A stretch of DNA of 55,362 nucleotides, the filler included, from Sphacelaria rigidula (taxonomy: Eukaryota), in assembly GCA_964200075.2 (NCBI GenBank). It is 6 parts of 6 records of this genome, joined end to end, with 100 filler letters (N's around TTAATTAATTAA, not from the genome) between each part and the next. Parts side by side here need not be neighbours in the genome. Positions count along the whole stretch, not along the records: positions 46,221 to 55,362 come from CAXNAA020009196.1; 5 more parts are not named here. One strand, 5' to 3'. Below the pieces are notes generated by a model. It had not been told where the DNA came from and searched no databases. It saw only the letters and a program-made list of their open reading frames with translations. Made by a program: the position numbers and the translations under genes. Below, piece after piece: positions 47,439-55,362 of the stretch; the stretch's first letter is position 1, and each line of letters begins with the position of its first letter.

Positions 47439-47754
47439 CACACGCGGCCATTTGGCTACCTCCGAAATTCCTCCAGACTGGTCAACTTTTCGAGCCTCCA
47501 GAGGAATTAAACGCCTCCGGAGGGGTGCGCGACCCTCCAGAGGATACTCTTTGGTTTCCTCCAGAGGAATTCATTTCCTCCGGAGGCTTTTTTTTGCCTC
47601 CGGAGGCCCGCGCATAGCCCATATTCCTCCGGAGGGGTGCGCGGCCCTCCGGATCGGTAGAGTTTGGCTTCCTCCAGAGGGATTGTAGGCCTCCGGAGGC
47701 TTGTTTTTCCCCTGGAGGGCCGCGCATCCCTCCGCAGGCAAATGGCCGCGTGTG
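47439..47754. mobile_element. MITE with a 16-bp TIR, filled with CCTCC(G/A)GAGG palindromes
   Basis: Perfect TIR cacacgcggccatttg / caaatggccgcgtgtg, flanks gtgttg / atgttg, and about ten internal cctcc(g/a)gagg motifs. Confidence 0.88.
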
Positions 47755-49142
47755 ATGTTGACTTCATTCAATACGTGATGGTACACCAGCAAAAAAATAA
47801 CGAAGGCGCGCTGTTTTCTCGAGCCAAGGAGTACTTTTGTTTCAAGTGCTGTGCAGCGAGGTGTCTAGCGGGCATTGCCACAACAATGCAGGCGGGTGTT
47901 ACTGCAACGACTGTTGCGAACGCGGGAAGCTGTTGCGAACAGCACAAAACAGACATGAGAGGCTTTTACAGCCATGATTTTTGCGCATTTGAACAGGACA
48001 ACGCTGACTATTGTCAAACTGTTGGCAACAAGCTCCTGAAAAAAAAAAATCAAGTACACCGACTTGCCCTTGACTGATTTCGTGGTCTGCCGTAACAAAC
48101 GGGGGGCGAGGTGATGTGCCCTGGCACTCTGCAATAGAGGTGCAAAACGATGGGCACTCTTATTACTCCCAAGAAAAATATGATGCTGATTAGTCACCAT
48201 CGTTCACTCGCGGTCAGTCCAAAATTTCAACCTTTCTTTTTCCAAAAGTGACCTAATCACCCTGGATGACAACACCAGTCGACCAGGGATTATCCACTGA
48301 TGATAAGTTTCTTCTCAAAAGAGATTGGTCATTCAAAAACTGCGGGCATACTTTACATATATCTCCTCTACTACCTAGTAAGCTGTTGTGACAGCATTCG
48401 GGCTACACAGTACAAAATTCTACATCCTCCACCCGGTCACATATCCTTGAACTTCACGAAGTACCAATCAGTTCATTTCTTCGACTTTCTTACTACGCGT
48501 CTCAATACACACTTATATACACATGTGCATTCGCATACGCAGGTAAATACATGCATAATAATAGGTGCATCTATCGTGCCGGCGATATGAATTTCTGCTA
48601 TGCGCCTCAACGCACATATGGGTATCTACTCATGCTGTCAAGACATACAACCGCATGAGATTCCGCACGGGTCACGCATCTACCGCACTACGACTTGGAA
48701 TTTTCTTGTCCAAAACTTGATGAACTGCAAGTAACAACATAATCTCTTCAAGGACAACGCTCTTCTCGCAAAGAAGCCCCTCAGAGATCACGAACACGGC
48801 CACGAAGACAGACAAAATTTTCAATATTTAAATGACTGACCAACGGAACGATGCTCAGCAATTTCCACACGATACTCGTTTCGATTTACACAACAGTAAG
48901 GTTTCTCGGGCAACACGGCTACCCACGTGTGTTCTATTCAATGATGTATTAAATTAAACCAAATCAATTTGAAAACATTTAGCGAAATGTCAAAGGTTGG
49001 CTCGTGCATCATCACAAGTTATGTTGGCCATTCATTCGCTTCCAGGGTGCAAACACGCTGCAATACTACAGTAGTACGCTACTACACTCGAAGAGAAGAG
49101 ACCTTTCGTTCGCATTCCACTCGAGAATGACTTTATCTTCTG

Positions 49143-51203
49143 CTATTTCTCGGCGTCGACCAAAGCCTTGATGGCGGAAGTGTAGGTTACTTCATTCGGA
49201 GAGACACCTTTCGCTTTCATTTCCATCAAAAGCGACAATGCGCGTTCCGCCTGCCCACTGTCCGCGCACGCGTTGATGGCTGTGCTGTAGCTTATCACAT
49301 CCGCAGGGATACCCGCTGCCTGCATCTCTGTCAAAAGAGACAATGCCTCCTTCAAGAGACCACCATCTCCGCATGCCTTGATAGCCGAATTGTACGTTAT
49401 TTCATTTGGGGGAATACCTTTCGCCTTCATCTCCCTCAAAAGCGACAAGGCCATTGCGGCCTGTCCACCGTCCCCAGACGAACACGCCTTGATAGCTGTG
49501 CTGTAGCAAATGATGTCAGGGGAGATGCCTGCCGCCTTCATTTCCATCCAAAGCGACATCGCCCGTGCCGGCTGCTCAGCGTACCCACACGCTTTGATGG
49601 CAAGGCTGTAGCTCACCACATCCGGAATGATACCGTCCGCCTTCATTTGGGTCAAATATGACAAGGACTCTTCCCAACGACCCGCGTTCAAGCAAACCTT
49701 GATGACAGAGTTGTACGTTATTTTATTCGGGTAGGGGCCTTTTGTCCTCATCTCCTGCAAAAGCGACAATGCCGGCTCGTACCCCTCGCCGCCCTCGCCG
49801 CTGCAGCACGCCTCAATGGCCGTGCTGTAGCTCACAACATCGGGGGAGACACCTACCCTCCGCATCTCTGCAAAAAGCGACAGCGCCTCACGCCATCGTC
49901 CAGCGTCTCCGCACGCCTTGACGGCCAAGTTGTAGGTGATTGTACTCGGGGAGGGGCCTTCCGTCCTCATCTCCATCAGAAGTGACAATGCCTGTTCCGG
50001 TTGCCCGGCTTGGCCGCACGCTTTGATGGCCAAGTTGTACACAATTTCATTCGGTGAGATACCCGCCGCCTGCATCTCTCTCAAAAGCGTCACACCCAAC
50101 TTCCACTGCCCAGCATCCCCGCACACTTTGATGGCCGCACTGTACACTATGTTATCGGGCCGACATTTCGCCTTAATTTCCGACAAAAGCAGCAATGCCC
50201 GTTTCGGCTGCCCAGCATTCCCACACGCGGTGATGGCCGTGCTGTAGCTCACCATGTCCGGCGACGTGCCCGCCGCCTGCATTTCCGTCAAAATTGATAA
50301 TGCCTCCTCCAACCGCCTAGCGTCTCCGCACGCCTTGATGGCCGAATTATAGCTAACGATATCCGGGAGGTGACCCTTTGTCTTCATCTCCGTCAAAAGC
50401 AACAATGCCGCTCGCCACTGCCCACCATCCCCGCACGCCTTGATGGCCGAGTTGTAACTCACCATGTCCGGGGAGAGACCTTCCGTCTGCATCTTCTTCA
50501 AAAGCCGCAATGCTCGGGCTGATTGCCCACTGTCCCCACAAGCTTTGATGGCCGAATTGTACGTTATTTCATCTGGGGAAATGCCCGCCGATTCCATCTC
50601 CGTCAAGAGCGATAAGGCCTCCTCCCACCGCCCAGCGTCTCCGCAAGCCTTGATGGCCGAGTTGTAGCTCACCACGTCGGGATGCACCACTCCCTTGTGT
50701 TTCATGAACTTCAATGTTGCAATGGCTGCTTTCCAGTTACCACATCTCGCGGCAACGTCGATGACGCGATTGTAAAAATATGAATTCACAACCAAATCTG
50801 CGTCGTTGCGACCCAGGGCTTCAAGGAGAACTTTCTCCGTCGTCTCCCAGTCTCGCCGCAACCGCGCCTGCTTCAGTCGACTCATATAGGAAGTGTGAAT
50901 TTTCCAAATATCGTCACGTAACCGCCCACCTCGCCCCTTACCCCGCCCTTCCCGTTCGCTGCGCATACCATCACCCTGATTACCTCCACGACCACCCGTC
51001 ATGCCTCCACGACCTCGCCTCCTGCTAACGGGTGGCATATCCGTCATCATTGAAGGGGAGTAGATACCGGTTTGTTCTTCACGAGAAAGGCCAACATGGC
51101 AAGTATATGGATATCTCCCAAATGCCGTCACCGAGGCTTTGAGCGAGTTCACTGCGAAGGCCGGGAGCATGGTTCTCAGCACGTGCAGCTCGACCTGAAA
51201 CAT
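49143..51203 (-). CDS. P-class pentatricopeptide repeat (PPR) protein, 15 full repeats plus 1 partial, uninterrupted frame
   Basis: Tandem 34-38 aa repeats (VVSYNSAIKACGDAGRWEEALSLLTEMESAGISPD type) and an RGG-rich N-terminal segment. The start is uncertain (ATG 51203 or 51170, or a splice acceptor tttcag near 51195). The ORF-track extension to 51515 runs through Ns and repeat A. Confidence 0.95.
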   Translation of the reverse strand: MFQVELHVLRTMLPAFAVNSLKASVTAFGRYPYTCHVGLSREEQTGIYSPSMMTDMPPVSRRRGRGGMTGGRGGNQGDGMRSEREGRGKGRGGRLRDDIWKIHTSYMSRLKQARLRRDWETTEKVLLEALGRNDADLVVNSYFYNRVIDVAARCGNWKAAIATLKFMKHKGVVHPDVVSYNSAIKACGDAGRWEEALSLLTEMESAGISPDEITYNSAIKACGDSGQSARALRLLKKMQTEGLSPDMVSYNSAIKACGDGGQWRAALLLLTEMKTKGHLPDIVSYNSAIKACGDARRLEEALSILTEMQAAGTSPDMVSYSTAITACGNAGQPKRALLLLSEIKAKCRPDNIVYSAAIKVCGDAGQWKLGVTLLREMQAAGISPNEIVYNLAIKACGQAGQPEQALSLLMEMRTEGPSPSTITYNLAVKACGDAGRWREALSLFAEMRRVGVSPDVVSYSTAIEACCSGEGGEGYEPALSLLQEMRTKGPYPNKITYNSVIKVCLNAGRWEESLSYLTQMKADGIIPDVVSYSLAIKACGYAEQPARAMSLWMEMKAAGISPDIICYSTAIKACSSGDGGQAAMALSLLREMKAKGIPPNEITYNSAIKACGDGGLLKEALSLLTEMQAAGIPADVISYSTAINACADSGQAERALSLLMEMKAKGVSPNEVTYTSAIKALVDAEK

Positions 51204-51424
51204 TGAACACCGTATCGTCAACGACACAGGTTGGGGGGGGGGGGGGGGGGGGCCACCCCTTTTTTCCTTGCTCGACCCCGTGGGCCCGTGCACCCCCCCC
51301 CCGTCCGGGGCCAGCAGGGTGNNNNNNNNNNGAGGCACGTCGCCATCATTTGTTGCTTGCCCTGGCCTGTTGACCATCCTCGACGCCCTCTTTTCGACGA
51401 CTCTGCTGGGGGGGGGGGGAAGGG

Positions 51425-51595
51425 GAACTCGTGATCTTGCATGCCATAGTCTGTTGGCCATTGACCTCGCATCCCTACAAAGCCGGGACGGAGCACGCCG
51501 GGTTTTTGCTCGCAATCACTCACCAAGCGCAACGCGCCGTGATGTGTTCGGCGAGTCGCATGAGGGGTGAGCTGCATCCTGCTAAAATTGTTCGG
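51425..51595 (-). repeat. Repeat family A copy upstream of the PPR gene
   Basis: ttgacctcgcatccctacaaagccgggacggagcacgccggg...gagctgcatcctgc. Confidence 0.9.
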
Positions 51596-51908
51596 CGGTG
51601 GGGAGGGGGAGAGGGAGGGGGATTGAATCAATTACTACACCGCCGCTCGGGTCGAACCTAGGAGACGGCGCTCGATCTGATCGTGAGAATCTGATCTCTA
51701 CGAACACTTCGTTCCACGTTGGTGAAGGAGCCCGTGAAACTTTGTCTTTAAAACAGCGAAATGGGCAGCTTTGGAAAAGAACTGCAATACTACCCTCGAC
51801 ATCATCTACCCGGTGCGCGGTGATACAGTCTCTGCCATTGTCCCACAACACCCACAATTTTTCACTCAATCATATATCTGTCGCACTTTGGGCCCCTCTT
51901 CTTCCTCG

Positions 51909-52003
51909 GGCCGAGTCCCACGTGAAGGTGTTCGCAGCAGGGGCTTCATTGTGAGACGGTATAGTAAGAGCAACGATTAACCGCCTTCACGTGGGACTTG
52001 GCC
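51909..52003. repeat. 95-bp hairpin or mini-MITE
   Basis: ggccgagtcccacgtgaagg ... ccttcacgtgggacttggcc (20-bp arms, 1 mismatch). Confidence 0.75.
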
Positions 52004-52435
52004 TTGAAGTACACCGAACCCCGCCCACCACAGGGGCAATGGTGCATGCCAATTTTCACCCCCATAAAAGTGCAGCGCTCACCGTACATGCTTGTGGCAT
52101 TCATCAACACCTTTCAATCCCTCTAGCGCAAAACCCAACCACATGGCCTTCAGGTAGACAACTATAAACATGTGAAAAGCAACCGTTTCTACTGAACAAT
52201 GATCATGAGTCAGGAGTCGCGGGCCGCGGAACTCACGATATATCGTCATTGCGGGTGGTGCTTGCAGGCAAATAAAAACTGCTCAGCGATAGCGTCGAGA
52301 TTGGCGGCGTTGAAGGCCATCCCATGCTATTGTTCCGAGAAGAGATCATAATCTCGAAGAATCAATTCCCTGGACGCCGGACCTCCTATCGAATCAGTAT
52401 TGCCGGATGGCGGTACCCGAGAAAAATGGCCGGAG

Positions 52436-52535
52436 GTGTACGCATGATCTTGCATCTCGTAGTCATAAGGTCATTAATCTTGTATCCCTACAAAGCCGGG
52501 ACGGAGCACGCCTGGTCTTCGCCGGACCAGGCTAG
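52436..52535 (-). repeat. Repeat family A partial copy
   Basis: tatccctacaaagccgggacggagcacgcctggtcttcgccggaccaggct. Confidence 0.88.
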
Positions 52536-55059
52536 AACCCAGCATCGGGAGGGTGGGAGGGGAAGGGGAGTAATTTTCAAATCAAAGTATGACACTCATC
52601 GACGGTAAACTTAGTTTTCGACCGTGAAACAAACCGACATTTGATGCTACGATGAGAATCGAGCAAACGGAGTTGACATACGCCCGTATCGGACCCCAAA
52701 CCGGAACGGTCATACGACGTTGACAGTACCACATCCCGCTGCTAGGTGGAGTCAAGCAGGATTTGGAAGACTCCACGCGGGCGGCCGGTGGAATCACACG
52801 GAATAATGCCAATGGGGCATGAAAACGTTCACACGTCGGACAGCGCATAAGCTACCTCGCCATCACCTCTCATCAGCGTATTCATCCCGATCATGGGCTA
52901 GCTCATTTGGTCCCGTTTTTCCACACTTACAACCTACAGCACTGGACGTCGACCACGCGGAGTAGCGCAAAGGTACAGTAGCGCTTGGCTTCTCGGACCC
53001 TCTTGTCACGTACATTGTGTTTTTGTACAACAGATCTGAGAGACCTCTTCAATCAGTCACTTGAGGTAGCCTATGGGCTGTCTGACGTGTGGAGAAGTCG
53101 TCTAATGGCTCCTGCAGGAGTACAACCTCAGCCTGCGGGTCGCGCTAGATCAGACGCCGATCTTGATGGCACAAAAGCACACAACATGCGGATAGACGAG
53201 GGACCTAGAACCGTCGAAATTATGCAAGTGGGTGTGTCGCGAGTGTGTCACTCACGGAGTATGCGATCGCTTGTGCCGTGGCGTGCCCTCGGCTTCTGCG
53301 GACATCATGTCGAGCGCAAGTGGGTACACCTCAGCGGAGATGCGGCTGCGAGGGCTGTGCGCTTGTTAGGTCGTTTGCATGCCCCGGACGATCACTGCGG
53401 GCACTAGAACCATCAGTACCACTTCGAGCGGTTGGACGTAATGCCACGCTCAACACGTACGAGATGTTGCGTCCCGCGCCCCCCCAGGGATATTTGGGCA
53501 GTCGGACGGCAACTTTGCCCATGCTGGTTCAGCGGGCTTTCCGAGTGGGAGGATAAATCAGAGCTTTCTGCTCGTTTGCAAGTTGGAGGATGGGGCTGCA
53601 CTTTCTTCGCGGGGTGCTACGTGATCTGCGCCGGGGCCTATGTGGAGTGGGAGTTTTAAAGTATTTCGGCGCGTCTGCGAGTGCGTAGCACGTCCTCTGG
53701 AGACAAATGCCCTTGCACGCTCTTAGTCCCTAGCATGGTGCGTCGCTCGTGCATATTTGACAAATGGGTCAGCTGGGTGGCGGATTAGCCCAGATGTCAA
53801 GGTTTCCATTGTGGGGGCTGTGCCGTAGTATGAAAAGAGCTGGAATATGACCGGAGTGTCGCAACCGTTGACATTCGAACCGTTCGGCATTTGCAAGTAG
53901 CCTTGAAGTGCTGCATTTTGCACTTGTCCGCCGTTCCACTGTTTCGTGCACATTCTTCTTGACACAAGCGTGACTCGTGTTCTACATACAAATTGCTATA
54001 CAAATTGTCACACAAAGTTTCGCCCTTTTCGGCCAGACACGGAACATACACAAGCACGAGAGATGCCAAGACGTATATCCCTCTGAAAAAAATTCCATGT
54101 ATCTACACCGAAATCTACGTGAGCTGTCACTGATCTTGCCAAATTTACGCTCGACGATAGTAGCACCAACGTTCGACGAAAAATGTCCTCCCCATCATCA
54201 TTTTCATGCTACGGGGGGCCCACGTGTTGACTACTGCATCATCACCTCCTACGGTTGGACTCCCTCATTGTGTACGGTTTCACCAGCGCTGCTGCAGCTC
54301 GTCGAAGGTAACGGTGACCGTCCCGCTCTTTTTCAACCCACCATTGGCTCTTTCATCTTCGCAGCCGAGGATTTGTTTTACATGCCACTTCCTCTATTTT
54401 TTCCACACCTTGGACAATAGATTATGTTGTCAGAGAAAATGTACTGCGTACAGCATGGAGCCTATTGTCTGTTGCAACATACGCAATGGTCGATACTGCA
54501 CGCACAACACTTTTTCGACAGTGTACTCCAGGGTGTGCTTTTCTTTGCAGCTCCCACGCGCGCGATTACGGTATGTACGAGCATGGACAACAGGTGTCCA
54601 TGAGAGCAAAGTACACTACGGTACACAGCATACAGCACACTCAATAATTGCAGCGAGCAGACCTGTCTCGTCAAATGCTCTGTGGATAGATGTGTCGCCA
54701 ATTCTGTGCCTGGTGTTCCAGCGTGCGGAAGATGCCGTCCAAACAACAACGAAAGCCATTGTAACAAGCACGGTGTTATCGCTGCACATGGCTCTTGAAG
54801 GGTAAATTCAAGCTCTCTGGACCTCGCGGTACACTGCACTTGCGACACTTTACTCGTGTCGGACACGTCCAACTTGTCACCACGGCCAGAGTCACAGCGG
54901 AACAGTCACCGTTAATGCGCGACAACCGATCAGCTTATCAATCAATCAATCAATTAAAGTAACGCTAATGATCCCGACAATATGGCGTCGTCTCAGTGGC
55001 ATGAGATGCAACGTAGTGCGAGAGTAGCTGTCTTTCGCAAATATACCAAGCTGCTCCGC

Positions 55060-55185
55060 GCCCGCGGGGGGGGGAGGCGTGGCTTACTTTTTTGGTTCTT
55101 GCCCTGAGTCATTTGGCCGCTGACCACGCATCTCTTCCGAGATGGAGCACCGTTCCTATTTCTAACAGAAGACACCTCCAGCATG
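55060..55185 (-). repeat. Subfamily A' copy
   Basis: Reverse complement matches 37835-37960 (ggaggtg...aggaacggtgctcc.tctcg.aag.gatgcgtggtca). Confidence 0.7.
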
Positions 55186-55362
55186 TGGGCGTTCATCATG
55201 TTTCTCCGATACATGACATAAAAACCTCCTAGATATATTTTCCCCTTCCTGTTTCGCTCTCGCCGTCCGGGGGGGGGGGGGGGACCGTCCGTTTTATTTT
55301 TTTTTTTCCCCAGTGGTTTTACCCTTGGGGAAGCATCCCCTTTGGGCAAGGCCCCCAAGGGG

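Noticed and set aside
19701-51203. SMC4 + DnaJ + PPR as a functional gene cluster
   Set aside because: They lie on different pieces joined by artificial linkers.
51204-51515. N-terminal extension of the 790-aa PPR ORF
   Set aside because: It crosses a 10-N gap, poly-G runs and a family A repeat, so it is unlikely to be coding.
52985-54872. Cluster of 60-199 aa ORFs
   Set aside because: They overlap in several frames with no domain signature. At most this is an unassignable decayed sequence.

Overview
Eukaryotic, repeat-rich nuclear DNA, most likely from a brown alga (Phaeophyceae). This is inferred from short GC-rich exons in long TE-filled introns, a TPAP-repeat exon and the PPR style. The window is not one locus. 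It is six pieces of almost identical length (five of 9144 bp, one of 9142 bp) joined by artificial 100-nt linkers (44 N + TTAATTAATTAA + 44 N), so neighbourhood across linkers means nothing. Host genes I can support are five spliced exons of SMC4 (condensin hinge plus coiled coil, 19701-26790, +), the terminal exon of a DnaJ/Hsp40 C-terminal-domain gene (35909-36385, -), an uninterrupted ~2 kb P-class PPR reading frame with 15 repeats (49143-~51203, -), and one isolated Pro/Thr-rich exon. The rest is mostly mobile DNA: a broken Ty3/Gypsy complex (integrase split by a solo LTR and facing gag/RT), a MuDR/Mutator relic with inverted repeats, a LINE RT fragment, a tRNA-derived SINE, foldback elements, and MITEs whose ends look hAT-, Harbinger-, Sola- and Ginger-like. 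The best leads are the fully canonical PPR code (predicted target UUUUUGACUAUGAUA), the TGT..ACA MITEs carrying telomere-like TTAGGG repeats, and the hairpin-unit arrays. I found no clear-cut novel multi-gene system. All identities and similarities were judged by eye.
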